This document shows positions 29,845 to 39,281 of a stretch of DNA of 64,000 nt, piece after piece. Under the pieces are notes generated by a model. That model saw only the letters and a program-made list of their open reading frames with translations. It did not search any database and was not told where the DNA came from. Position numbers and translations under genes: made by a program. Position 1 is the stretch's first letter. Each line of letters opens with the position of its first letter. Origin of the DNA: Candidatus Dormiibacterota bacterium (GTDB lineage Bacteria; Chloroflexota; Dormibacteria; Aeolococcales; Bog-877); assembly GCA_027306595.1 (NCBI GenBank), contig DAHUZI010000111.1, forward strand, positions 25,783 through 89,782, given 5' to 3'.

Positions 29845-30537
29845 CTAGCCGCCGGAGCCGCCAGTACGGGCGAGGAGGCGGCGGAGGCGGACCCAGAGGA
29901 CTCTGGCCACCAGCCCGACCAGTCCGGGGGCGGCGGCAGGCGGAGGGGCGGCAGGCGGGGCCGTCCCCCGCGGTCCACCGGTCGGGCTGGGGGGCGGGGC
30001 GGGCACTGCGGCTTCGCGGACCGGCGCCGGCGCCGGTTCGGTAGGAGGGAGACCACTCATCGGGGGCTGGGGGCCGACCGGTCCGGCTCCGCTGACGATG
30101 GACCGCTCAACGCACTGGGCGAACTGGGTCAGCAGGCGGCTCGCGACGTCCTCGATGACCCCGCGGCCGAACTGAGCGATCCGACCCGTGATCGCCACAT
30201 CGGATTGAATTCGCCCCACGGCCCCGCCGTCGGGCCCGGATTCGACCGTGGCGATGATGGTGGCCAGCGCCGACCCTGCGCCACGCGGGTCTCGTCCCTC
30301 GCAGCGCATCACCAGGCGTCGGGCGTCCGGAGCCACCTCGACGATGGTGGCCGTTCCCTCGTAGCCAACAGTGATTGGACCGATCTTGACCGTGACCCGG
30401 CCGCGGAAGGTGGTGGCATCCACCCGCTCGGTGATGGTGGCCCCGGGCAGGCAGGGCGCTACCCGCTCCAAGTCGGCGAGCAGCGGGAACAGCGCCTCCG
30501 GGCTCAGCCCCACCGCGAGTTGGTTCTCCAGGATCAT
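29845..30537 (-). CDS. CoxG-like SRPBCC-fold protein with a Pro/Ala-rich linker and a basic hydrophobic tail
   Basis: LSPEALFPLLADLERVAPCLPGA..FRGRVTVKIGPITVGYEG..ITGRIAQFGRGVIEDVASRLLTQFAQC is the CoxG family pattern. The ATG overlaps the HD-gene stop (ATGA at 30534-30537). Confidence 0.8.
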   Translation of the reverse strand: MILENQLAVGLSPEALFPLLADLERVAPCLPGATITERVDATTFRGRVTVKIGPITVGYEGTATIVEVAPDARRLVMRCEGRDPRGAGSALATIIATVESGPDGGAVGRIQSDVAITGRIAQFGRGVIEDVASRLLTQFAQCVERSIVSGAGPVGPQPPMSGLPPTEPAPAPVREAAVPAPPPSPTGGPRGTAPPAAPPPAAAPGLVGLVARVLWVRLRRLLARTGGSGG

Positions 30538-31961
30538 TGGGTCACCTCAGTGGCGGGTCCCGGCTCGGCCCGGACCCGCTCGGTCGCCACCCGCACCGCG
30601 TCTCGGGCGTCGGGATGGTCGGTGTACACACGCAGGATCGTAGTCCGCAACGGCAGGAGCCGGGTGAGGAGATCGACCGCGCCGGATCGGTGGAGCGCGC
30701 GACGGATCGGATCGTACAGTCCGAGCACCCGGTCGTCGGTGAAGGGGTTCACTGGTCGGGGATCCGTGGTCGCGAGGTCCACCTCGAGTCCAACCGAGCG
30801 CCAGCGGCGCGGCATGTGCGATCGAATGCGTTCAGCCAGTTCGCGCCCGTCCACGCGGACAAGACCGCTCCCCGGAATCGTGATCTCCTCGTAGTCCTCG
30901 TAGGCTAGCTGCCACGGGAGCTCGCGCGAAGTGACCAGCGCCCAATGCTGTCCGAGACGCCGCTCCTGGCGGCTGCGCGGAGCCCGCTGGAGGCGCTCCA
31001 CCTCCGCCAGCAGTGACCAATCGGTCAGCTCCTGATACTCGTCGAGGTGATGGAGGGCATTGCCCGGCGGCAGCAGGCGAGCGACCGTCTCTCTGAAGAC
31101 TGGGCGGAGATGAAGGTCGATCCGACGTACTGTTCGGTGGAAGTAGATATTATTGTAGAGGAAGAGGCGAGCATTGAGAAACATCGCCAGCGCGCCAGAC
31201 CCGTGCTGATGAAGTACCAGCATGCCGTCGTGGATGAACAGGTAATGGCGTAGGCGCGCGACGTCAACGGGCCCGACAGCAACCCCGCACATATAGGCGT
31301 CTCGGCGCACGTAATCCAAGTTGTCCGTGGAGACTAGGGCACAGAGGACGGGCTTCAACGCCCCAAGCCAGGCGGGCGGAACGAAGGCTGGCAGGTCGGC
31401 TGGCGCCATCACCCATGCGACCCAGCGCGGGTCGATCGCCTCCCCGCGCGCGAAGGCCCCGACCGGGCTTCGGCGGATGCTGGCGATTCGATCGGCGAGC
31501 CGCTCCAGGACCACCGCACGTCCCACCATCTCATGGTCAAGGCCTTGGTGGGTCAGCACCTCCTGATCGAAGAAGTGCCCGAATGGGCCGTGCCCGATGT
31601 CGTGGCACAACCCCGCGATACGCATAGTCTCCTCAACCAACGCTGGCGATGGGGTGTCGGGGAACGCAGCTCGGAGTCCGGGGTAGAGGTGGCGCGCGAA
31701 TCCCCCGCTGAGGTGCATGACCCCAACCACATGCTGGAATCGAGAGTGCTCGGCAGTGTGGAACACCCACCACGCACTCTGCAGCTGATGGATCCGACGC
31801 AGCCGTTGCAGCCAGGGATGGTCGAGGATGGCCTCCTCCGACCCCGAGCCATCCCCGAGATCCTTGGTGATCTCGCAGTAGCCGTACAGGGGGTCAGCCA
31901 GGAGGTTGACGGCGTCATAGGCGTCGAGGCTCTCCATCTCCAGCATCGTACGGCGTCGCAA
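30534..31961 (-). CDS. HD-domain phosphohydrolase, SAMHD1/dGTPase-like
   Basis: FQHVVGVMHL and GLCHDIGHGPFGHFFD are HD motifs, and QRLRRIHQLQ precedes them as in dNTP triphosphohydrolases. The start is TTG 31961 or ATG 31946. Confidence 0.8.
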   Translation of the reverse strand: MRRRTMLEMESLDAYDAVNLLADPLYGYCEITKDLGDGSGSEEAILDHPWLQRLRRIHQLQSAWWVFHTAEHSRFQHVVGVMHLSGGFARHLYPGLRAAFPDTPSPALVEETMRIAGLCHDIGHGPFGHFFDQEVLTHQGLDHEMVGRAVVLERLADRIASIRRSPVGAFARGEAIDPRWVAWVMAPADLPAFVPPAWLGALKPVLCALVSTDNLDYVRRDAYMCGVAVGPVDVARLRHYLFIHDGMLVLHQHGSGALAMFLNARLFLYNNIYFHRTVRRIDLHLRPVFRETVARLLPPGNALHHLDEYQELTDWSLLAEVERLQRAPRSRQERRLGQHWALVTSRELPWQLAYEDYEEITIPGSGLVRVDGRELAERIRSHMPRRWRSVGLEVDLATTDPRPVNPFTDDRVLGLYDPIRRALHRSGAVDLLTRLLPLRTTILRVYTDHPDARDAVRVATERVRAEPGPATEVTQ

Positions 31962-32050
31962 GCGCGAGGACGGCCTCTCGGGTCGCTCGAGGCGCCGGCG
32001 GCGAACGCGACCCTGGCGCCCCGCTATACTCCCGATGGGGTGGCTACCAG

Positions 32051-32150
32051 CGCCGCCACGCTAGGGGTGCGTCCTCAAGGGGCGCTGAGAGGCGATGCCG
32101 CCAACCCTGATCACCGGATCTGGTTCGCACCAGCGTCGGGAAGCACCGGC
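32051..32150 (+). promoter_or_regulatory. TPP (THI-box) riboswitch
   Basis: The conserved blocks are in canonical order: GGGGUGC (32064-32070), GCUGAGA (32084-32090), ACCCUGAUCACCGGAUCUGG, the P5 hairpin CUGG-UUCGCA-CCAG, then GCGUCGGGAAG. A TATACT -10 candidate sits at 32025-32030. The element lies 39 nt upstream of the permease ATG. Confidence 0.8.
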
Positions 32151-32188
32151 TGCCCCCCGGCCCGACGACAGCGGGGCGAGGGCCGCTC

Positions 32189-33646
32189 ATGACCGAGGCT
32201 GAGTCCCGGGCCCGGGCAAGCGACGACAGCTTCCTGCGGGTCGAGTTGCGGGGGCTTGAGCCCGTGCCGCCCGAGGGGCGGCACGGGCGGCCGCGGGAGC
32301 TCTTCTTCATATGGGCTGGGGCGCTCTCCGACTTCTTCTCGCTTTTTGCCGGTGCGCTCCTCGTCTCCCTCGGGTTGAGCTTTGTCGACAGCGTCCTTGT
32401 CCTCGGGCTCGGAGCGGCCACGGGCGCCGGGTTCCTCGGACTGCTCAGCGTGACCGGGGTGCGGAGCGGAGCACCCCAGATCGTGCAATCGCGCACCGTC
32501 TTCGGACGACGTGGCGCCTCGATCGGCGGGGCCTTGACGATGCTGATCGCAGTGGGATGGTTCGCCTACGACTGTGCCATCGCCGTCACGACCACCCACG
32601 CACTCCCGGCCCTGGCGTCCACCCCTGGATGGGTAGAGGGGGCCCTGCTGGCCGGCATCGCCATCATCTCCTTCATCGTCGCGGTCTTCGGCCATCGCAC
32701 TATCGCCGTCTTCCAGACGGTGCAGGTCCCCCTCTTCATCATGATCTGCGCGGTCCTAGCTGGCTTCACGGCGAATCGCTGGCACCTGGGACTGACCTCC
32801 ACGCTCGCCCTAGGTCCCCACCTCGCGACGCTGACACTTGGCTTCACACTCACGTTCGCACTCATAGTCTCCTGGGTGACCTACGCGGCTGACTACTCGC
32901 GGTACCTGCCGATTCGGGCGAGGGCCGGGTCGGTGGCGCTCGCCAGCGGCGGAGGCAGCGCCGTCAGCCTGGTCGCTTGCGGTATGCTCGGGGCGGCCAT
33001 TCAGACCGCCAATCCGCATGTCCTCCTCCCAAGCCTGATCGTGCGCCTCGTGCCGGTCTGGTTCGCGGTCGTCTTCGCCGCCTTCATCATCGTCGCTGAG
33101 CTCAGTTCCAATTACCTGAACGTCTACTCCGCTGCCCTCTGCGCGCTGGCGATTGGGCTCCGCCTCCGGCGATGGGCGGCGGCTTTCGCGGTCGGCATGG
33201 TCGGAGGCGGCGTCGCCGCGCTCGTGCTGTTTGCTGGCAGTGGGTTTCAGGCAAACTACGTCAACTTCCTCACCCTCACCTACGTATGGTTCCCGGCATG
33301 GGGAGTTGTCGTCATACTCGACAGCCTGGTACGGCCACGACCAGTCGACACCTCTCAGCTTACGAGCCGGCATGGATATTGGTTCACGGGCGGGATGCGT
33401 TGGCCCATGGTTATCGCGTTCGCAATTGGCACGTTGGCGACGATCGCGTTCTTCAACGAGCCACCCCCCCCGGGCGAGTGGGGGTGGGTGTCGCCGTTTG
33501 CTCAGCATCTCTTTGCCGGCCAGCCGGCCGACATCAGTGGCTTCGTCGGGACGGCCGCGACGGTGCTGGCATATGTAGCCTGCCGACGCTGGGAACTCCG
33601 TGGCCACCGCGGCGGTGCCCCCGAGTTTGTGGAGCCGGCTGCGTGA
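32189..33646 (+). CDS. NCS1-family (purine-cytosine/HMP-type) permease
   Basis: This is a protein of about 12 TM helices with the cytosine/purine/thiamine-precursor permease pattern (..[16 protein letters not shown]..). It is controlled by the TPP riboswitch and translationally coupled to thiD. Confidence 0.85.
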   Translation: MTEAESRARASDDSFLRVELRGLEPVPPEGRHGRPRELFFIWAGALSDFFSLFAGALLVSLGLSFVDSVLVLGLGAATGAGFLGLLSVTGVRSGAPQIVQSRTVFGRRGASIGGALTMLIAVGWFAYDCAIAVTTTHALPALASTPGWVEGALLAGIAIISFIVAVFGHRTIAVFQTVQVPLFIMICAVLAGFTANRWHLGLTSTLALGPHLATLTLGFTLTFALIVSWVTYAADYSRYLPIRARAGSVALASGGGSAVSLVACGMLGAAIQTANPHVLLPSLIVRLVPVWFAVVFAAFIIVAELSSNYLNVYSAALCALAIGLRLRRWAAAFAVGMVGGGVAALVLFAGSGFQANYVNFLTLTYVWFPAWGVVVILDSLVRPRPVDTSQLTSRHGYWFTGGMRWPMVIAFAIGTLATIAFFNEPPPPGEWGWVSPFAQHLFAGQPADISGFVGTAATVLAYVACRRWELRGHRGGAPEFVEPAA

Positions 33647-34524
33647 GCGACGCGGCACTGCCGAAGGCGAGCAGCCCGGCGGCGGGACGACCACGGCCGT
33701 TCCCAATCGCGGCCACGATCGCCACCTCGGACAGTGGTGGAGGCGCCGGGATCCAGGCTGACCTCAAGACGTTCGCCGCGCACGGCGTCTATGGCGTAAG
33801 CGTGCTGGTCGCCTGCACTGCCCAGAATACCGTCGGCGTTCGAGCGATCGAACCGTTGGCAGTGAGCTTTGTTCGCGCGCAGGTGGAGGCGCTCGCGGAT
33901 GACCTAGTGCCACGTGCGGTCAAGACGGGGATGCTGTTGACGGCGGAACATACCGAAACCGTCGCGGAGTGCCTGCGCCGCTTCGACTTCGGCCCCCTCG
34001 TCGTCGACCCGGTGATGATCGCGAAGAGTGGAGACCGGCTCCTCGCCGAGGACGCCGTGACCACCCTCCGCGGCGCGCTGCTCCCGTTGGCCCTAGTGGT
34101 CACTCCCAACTGGCCGGAGGCTGCCGTCCTCGCGGGTCAGCCAGTTCGAGACGAGCGAGAGGCCGAGGCTGCCGGACGGAGGATCCTGCGGTTCGGCCCA
34201 CGCTTCGTCGTGGTCAAGGGCGGCCATTCACCTGGCCCCCCCACTGACCTTGTCGTCCACGCCAGTGGCGTCGTGCGCGTTCCCGGAGCCCGTATCGCAT
34301 CCAGCGCCACGCACGGCACCGGCTGCACCTTCTCCGCCGCCATCGTCGCACGCCTGGCTCGCGGGGACGATCCTATCGAGGCGATTGCGGCTGCCAAGCT
34401 ATACGTCTCGCGAGCGATCGCGGCCGCGCCTGGGCTGGGCAGGGGGCACGGACCGCTTCAGCACTTTCCGCCAGACTGGGAAGTCTGGCGTCCGACTCCG
34501 GGAGCGCCCGGCGGGCCTGGTTGA
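33643..34524 (+). CDS. thiD: hydroxymethylpyrimidine/phosphomethylpyrimidine kinase
   Basis: [50 protein letters not shown] is present. GTG 33643 overlaps the permease stop (GTGA). Confidence 0.9.
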   Translation: MSDAALPKASSPAAGRPRPFPIAATIATSDSGGGAGIQADLKTFAAHGVYGVSVLVACTAQNTVGVRAIEPLAVSFVRAQVEALADDLVPRAVKTGMLLTAEHTETVAECLRRFDFGPLVVDPVMIAKSGDRLLAEDAVTTLRGALLPLALVVTPNWPEAAVLAGQPVRDEREAEAAGRRILRFGPRFVVVKGGHSPGPPTDLVVHASGVVRVPGARIASSATHGTGCTFSAAIVARLARGDDPIEAIAAAKLYVSRAIAAAPGLGRGHGPLQHFPPDWEVWRPTPGAPGGPG

Positions 34525-35519
34525 ACCGAGATCCGGGCACCTTCGTGCTCCGGCCCGCCCACCGCGGTGAGCTCCCTGAGATTCAGGCCCTCGCCGCCCG
34601 GTGCGGCACCGGCCCTCCTCGGGGGCCGGTCGTGGGCGCGCGCGACCGCTGGGGACGACTTGTCGGGTTCGTCAGCCATGGGCCCCTGGACCCTGACGAC
34701 GCCTCCCGCACCGTGCATGACCCGGTCATCGATCGGGACCGGGTCGCACCGGACGCGGTCCGGATCCTCACCGCAACGCTGCTGGCGGCACCAGCACCCG
34801 ACGACCCAGGGCCTACTCGGACGCTGAGGTATCGCCAGCGGGATGGATCTCTCGGCGGACCCTCGCTGGACCGCGGACCGAGCGCGATCCCCAGCGGGAT
34901 CCTGCGCCGGGCAGGCTACCGCCCGGTGGTTCGGCGCACGGCGATGGAGCACGATCTGGCCATCCCCGAGTCACCGCCCCCACACATCACCTGGATCACC
35001 TACCGCCCACGGCTAGACGGGCGGTTCCAGGCACTGTTCCGAGCCTCGTTCCGTGGCTCCCTCGACCGCGCCTACGCCTGGGCGGCGGCGGATCCTCGGT
35101 CGGCCTGGGCCGCGGCCCGGCGCGACGCGGGCGCCGCAGCACACCACCTGTGGTTCTCCGCCAGAACCCATCGGGGCCAAGATGTCGGGCTGTGTCTCCT
35201 CGAGCCGCCGGGGGTCTTCGAGACGTTCGTGGTCCGCTATCTGGCGGTGATGCCATCAGCGCGGGGGGCTGGCCTGGCACGGCTGATCGCGGCCGAGGCG
35301 GTGCGACGAGCCGCCGCCGCCGCCGGCGTCCCCCCGAGTCACCCCCTGCGGCTCACCGTTGATATCCCGAACCGACCGGCGGTCGCTGCGTATCGAGCGG
35401 CGGGGTTTCACCCGCTCACAGCCCACCGGTTGTGGGTTCGTCCGGCAGCTGTTGACCCCGTCCGTTCGGTGGGGTGCTGTCCCGTCCGAGCCGGTGAGTT
35501 CAGCCGTCGACGCCGATGA
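34521..35519 (+). CDS. GNAT-family N-acetyltransferase (apparently two tandem GNAT-like halves)
   Basis: The C-terminal half YLAVMPSARGAGLARLIAAEAV..AAYRAAGF is a GNAT acetyl-CoA-binding pattern. TTG 34521 overlaps the thiD stop (TTGA). Confidence 0.6.
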   Translation: MNRDPGTFVLRPAHRGELPEIQALAARCGTGPPRGPVVGARDRWGRLVGFVSHGPLDPDDASRTVHDPVIDRDRVAPDAVRILTATLLAAPAPDDPGPTRTLRYRQRDGSLGGPSLDRGPSAIPSGILRRAGYRPVVRRTAMEHDLAIPESPPPHITWITYRPRLDGRFQALFRASFRGSLDRAYAWAAADPRSAWAAARRDAGAAAHHLWFSARTHRGQDVGLCLLEPPGVFETFVVRYLAVMPSARGAGLARLIAAEAVRRAAAAAGVPPSHPLRLTVDIPNRPAVAAYRAAGFHPLTAHRLWVRPAAVDPVRSVGCCPVRAGEFSRRRR

Positions 35520-35721
35520 CCGAGCGGGTCCCGCTCCAGGGGTCGGCGTCCCGAGGCCTCGGATCGGGTGGCGTAACCCCGGTCCCCCAGCATTGCCTCG
35601 ATGCGTCCTCGCCTTCGCAACCGGCACGGTGGTCGGGCGGATAGGGATCGCTCGCAGGCCCATGCGCTGAGTTGTCCTCCGGGCCTCTGCACCGCCGCTC
35701 GGGCGCGCACAATGGTCCCGC

Positions 35722-37407
35722 TTACCAGCTGACCTCGGCGCGGTCGGCATGGACAATCGCCCCGTCCACCATGGTGAGCGCCACCCGGGCCAGTCCGATC
35801 GCCGCTCGGGGCTCGCGGAGGACGTCGCGGTCCAGCAACGTGAGATCGGCGAGCTTGCCAACCTCGATGGAGCCGGTCTCGTGGTCCGCATGGTTGACGT
35901 AGGCACTGCCGATGGTGGCCGCTGCGAGCTGCGCCGGAAGGTCAAGCCGCTCGTCGGGCAGGAACGGTTCAGGTGTCGCATTGGTGCCGCGGCTCCCGTC
36001 CGGCGGGGGCACACGGTTCACCGCCACATGTGCGCACAGGAGGGGATCGGGCGTCGACACAGGCCAGTCGCTGCCACTGCATAGCACGGTACCCAGCCGG
36101 CGCAGGCTCGCGAACGGGTACTGCTGGGCTGCCCGCAGGTCGCCGAGGACCGGGATCGTCAGCTCGGCCATCTGGGGATCGTTCGACGCCCACAGCGGCT
36201 GCATGTTGGCCGCCACGCCGAGTTGGCGGAATCTGGGGATGTCGTCGGGATGAACCACCTGGATGTGGGCGATGTGATGGCGCAGGTCTTGGCCCGCGCC
36301 CGCGTCCGCGGCCGCCTCCAGCGCGTCCAGCGCGTCGCGCACGCCCCGGTCCCCGATGGCGTGGAAATGGACCTGGAAACCGGCGCGGGCGAGTTCGGTG
36401 ACGAACCCGGGAAGCCGTTGGGGATCGACGAAGCTGAGGCCCCGGCCCCCTCCAGGGTCGTCCTCGTGGCCGCGGTACGGATCGAGCATAGCGGCGGTCA
36501 GGTTCTCGCAGACCCCGTCCTGCATGATCTTCACGGTCGGGCATCGGAAACGTCCCGCCGTGGCCCGCTCGCGCCGCTCGCGGAAGAGCTCCAGCTGTTC
36601 GAGCCCGAGCCGGCGGTCCCACCACAGGGCCCCAACCACGCGGGCGGTGAGCTCGCCTGCCTCGGCCGCGTTGCGATAGGTGTCGAAATTGTCATGAAGC
36701 CCGTCGTAGTGGCCGACGATGGCGTCCTGCCATCCGGTGATCCCCAGCCCATGCAGGTAGCGCTGGGCCTCCAGCAGCCCGTCGCGAAGCTCGGCGGCGG
36801 TGGGCTGAGGAACGTGGCGCGCAACCAAGGCCATGGCGCCTTCCTGGAGGGTGCCGACCGGTTCCCCCCGCTCGTCCCGCTCGATCCGACCGTCGGGGGG
36901 GTCGGGGGTCGCCGCGGTCACCCCGGCCGCGGCCAGTGCACGGGAGTTGGCCCACGCCCCATGGTGGTCACGGTTGACCAGAAAGGCCGGGCGGTCTGGC
37001 ACAAGCTCGTCCAGCAGCCGCCGGTCGGGAATCCCGCCCGGGAAGGCTGGCATCGCCCAGCCGTCGCCGATCACCCAGGGAAGGCTCGGATGGGCGGCGG
37101 CATATTCCCGGATGACCCGTACGTAGCCGTCGAGCGTCGTCTCCTCACTCAGATCGCAGCGAAGCCGGGCCAGCCCGCCGCCAACCGCGTGGATGTGGGA
37201 GTCCTGGAAGCCCGGCAACAGCGTGCGGCCGCGCAGGTCGATGACGCGGGTCCCACTCCCCGCCAGCCCACGCAACGAGGACTCTGAGCCGACGGCAACG
37301 ATTCGGCTGCCGCGCACCGCGACCGCGTCTGCCCATCTCCGGGCGGCGTCCATCGTGTAGACACCGCCCCCCACGAAGAGCCAGTCACAGGCGCCAGCTG
37401 CGCTCAC
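35722..37407 (-). CDS. metal-dependent amidohydrolase (Amidohydro_3 / YtcJ-like)
   Basis: LLPGFQDSHIHAVGGG, HFHAIGDRGV, AHIQVV and GSDWPV are metal-ligand motifs in the canonical order. Confidence 0.85.
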   Translation of the reverse strand: MSAAGACDWLFVGGGVYTMDAARRWADAVAVRGSRIVAVGSESSLRGLAGSGTRVIDLRGRTLLPGFQDSHIHAVGGGLARLRCDLSEETTLDGYVRVIREYAAAHPSLPWVIGDGWAMPAFPGGIPDRRLLDELVPDRPAFLVNRDHHGAWANSRALAAAGVTAATPDPPDGRIERDERGEPVGTLQEGAMALVARHVPQPTAAELRDGLLEAQRYLHGLGITGWQDAIVGHYDGLHDNFDTYRNAAEAGELTARVVGALWWDRRLGLEQLELFRERRERATAGRFRCPTVKIMQDGVCENLTAAMLDPYRGHEDDPGGGRGLSFVDPQRLPGFVTELARAGFQVHFHAIGDRGVRDALDALEAAADAGAGQDLRHHIAHIQVVHPDDIPRFRQLGVAANMQPLWASNDPQMAELTIPVLGDLRAAQQYPFASLRRLGTVLCSGSDWPVSTPDPLLCAHVAVNRVPPPDGSRGTNATPEPFLPDERLDLPAQLAAATIGSAYVNHADHETGSIEVGKLADLTLLDRDVLREPRAAIGLARVALTMVDGAIVHADRAEVSW

Positions 37408-37450
37408 CGGCCGCGCCCCCAGATCGGGGGCGCGGCCGCTCCGGCGCTGC

Positions 37451-39280
37451 TCAACTGCTGAGCGTCCACTGTTCGGGGTAGATCTCCTGGAGGGAGCTCT
37501 GCGGGGCCCACCCGTGCAGGCGCTTACTGATGACCGAGATCTGCAGATCGGGGACGGGCATCCACATGACCGGCAGCTGCTTGGCCAGGTAGTCCTGGTA
37601 GGCGTAGAGCGCCGACAGGGAGCTCTGGGTGTGCGTCGCCTGGATCAGGCTGTTGGCGGTTGGGTCGCTGTAGCCGCCACCCCAGTAGTTGCCGGTCCCG
37701 AAGATCTGCGCGCCGGTGGGAACGTCCGAGGGGGGCCCGAAGTTCCAGGTGGCACCCTCGCCGCTGAAGTACACAAAGTCCCAGTTGCACTGCGGGGACG
37801 CCGGGCAGAGGGTGTTGAGGGCGTAGAGCCCGTTCACCGAGTGGAGCTGGAGGTTGAGCTGGACCCCGGCCTCGGACGCAGCCGACTTCAGGGTCTCCAC
37901 CTCCTGTGTCGTGACCTCGGTCCCCGCGCCGTAGAGGAATCGGAAGCTCAGCTTCTGCCCCTTGGCGATGCCGGGTCCGCACTCGCTGGCGAGGCTCCCG
38001 GGGCGCTCGCAGGCGTCCGCCCCGTTGCGGTGGATCGCCCAGCCGTGACTCTTCAGCAGCTTGACCGCGTCCTTGATGCTGTAGGGGTAGGGGTTGTGGC
38101 GCTCGAAGCTGTCGGCGAGATTCGAACCGGGCAGGGCGGGCACCGGGCCGTAGTCAGGGGTTCCGTAGCCGCCCAGGAAGGTCTTGATGTAGGCCGGCTG
38201 GTCGACGAGGTGCTGGAGCGCTTGTCGAATGTAGAGCTGGTTGAGCATCGCCTTGCTCACCGGGCTCGTGTGGTCGGTCTCCGCGTAGTTGATCGCCACC
38301 CAGTGCCATGGGGCCACGGTGTACCCGTGACTCGTGAAGTAGCTCGCCTGGTTGAGATCCGTGTAGGGCAGGTACCCGTAGGTGAGCTCGCCCGCCCGGA
38401 GCGCGTCCATCTCCGCCGCCTCACTGGTGAAGGTCATCAGCTTGAACTCGGCGAGCTTGGGCTTGATCGGGCCCGAGTAGCGGGGGTTGGGGACGAACGT
38501 CGTGTCGGCCGTGGTCGGGTCGAACTGCTTCAGCGACCAGGGTCCGTCGTCCACCTTCCAGAGCGGGCTGGTCTGGTAGGTCTGGGTCGAGCCCGCCTGC
38601 TTGGCGAGGAACTGATAGACCGCCTTGGCCCCCTTGGTGGTGAGGTCGTAGTTCCCCACCGGACCGTTCAGCGAGGTGCGGTCCCACTCGTGCTGCGGCA
38701 GGGGGATGAGGTCGGTGAGCTGGTTGGCCTGGAGCCAGAGGTGGCTGTAGGCCCGGTTGAAAGTGAGGCTGAACTTGGTGGCGCTGATCCAGTCGGCGCT
38801 GACAACGTTGTCGGGCAGGTTGCCGGGATGGTAGGGACCCCAGAGGAGCTTGTTCGCCTTGATCAGGTTGAAGTCGAACTCGACGTCGCGGGTGGTCACC
38901 GGCCGGCCATCGGACCAGAGGTAATGCTTGAGGGTGATGGTCACGGTCTTCCCGCCATTTGAGTACACGGGCGGGTTGGCGAGGCTGAGGGCCGGGTTGG
39001 GCGCGTCGGCCGCGCCGAGGCCGTAGGCGTAGAGGGGACGGTACATCTGAAGATCGAAGTCGGCGACCACGTCGAAGTAGTAGTTGGTTGGCGTGTAGAG
39101 CGGGAGGATCCACTTCGGCGTGTAGCCGGGAACCACAGCGAAGGTGGCCACTCCCCCCTTGACCGCCCGGGCAGTCTGGCGCGCGGAAGCCGCCGGAGCA
39201 CCGCCCGCGGCGACGGCGACCGCGGCGATCGCCAGGGCCCCAACGAAGCGCGCCGCGAGCCACCTCGAAGTCGGCGCCAT
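37451..39280 (-). CDS. ABC-transporter solute-binding protein, family 5, orphan (paralog of 10865..12709)
   Basis: ATG 39280 is preceded by GGGAGGGG. It has a signal peptide (FVGALAIAAVAVAAGGAPAASA). It shares blocks with the other SBP (LANPPVYSNGGKTVTITLKHYLWSDGRPVTTRDVEF). Confidence 0.85.
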   Translation of the reverse strand: MAPTSRWLAARFVGALAIAAVAVAAGGAPAASARQTARAVKGGVATFAVVPGYTPKWILPLYTPTNYYFDVVADFDLQMYRPLYAYGLGAADAPNPALSLANPPVYSNGGKTVTITLKHYLWSDGRPVTTRDVEFDFNLIKANKLLWGPYHPGNLPDNVVSADWISATKFSLTFNRAYSHLWLQANQLTDLIPLPQHEWDRTSLNGPVGNYDLTTKGAKAVYQFLAKQAGSTQTYQTSPLWKVDDGPWSLKQFDPTTADTTFVPNPRYSGPIKPKLAEFKLMTFTSEAAEMDALRAGELTYGYLPYTDLNQASYFTSHGYTVAPWHWVAINYAETDHTSPVSKAMLNQLYIRQALQHLVDQPAYIKTFLGGYGTPDYGPVPALPGSNLADSFERHNPYPYSIKDAVKLLKSHGWAIHRNGADACERPGSLASECGPGIAKGQKLSFRFLYGAGTEVTTQEVETLKSAASEAGVQLNLQLHSVNGLYALNTLCPASPQCNWDFVYFSGEGATWNFGPPSDVPTGAQIFGTGNYWGGGYSDPTANSLIQATHTQSSLSALYAYQDYLAKQLPVMWMPVPDLQISVISKRLHGWAPQSSLQEIYPEQWTLSS

Positions 39281-39281
39281 C

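Noticed and set aside
34521-35519. Naming the two-domain GNAT as mycothiol synthase MshD.
   Set aside because: The architecture is similar (two GNAT-like halves, about 330 aa), but I could not align it convincingly to the MshD sequence I recall. Its coupling to thiD gives no support. It is kept as a generic GNAT.
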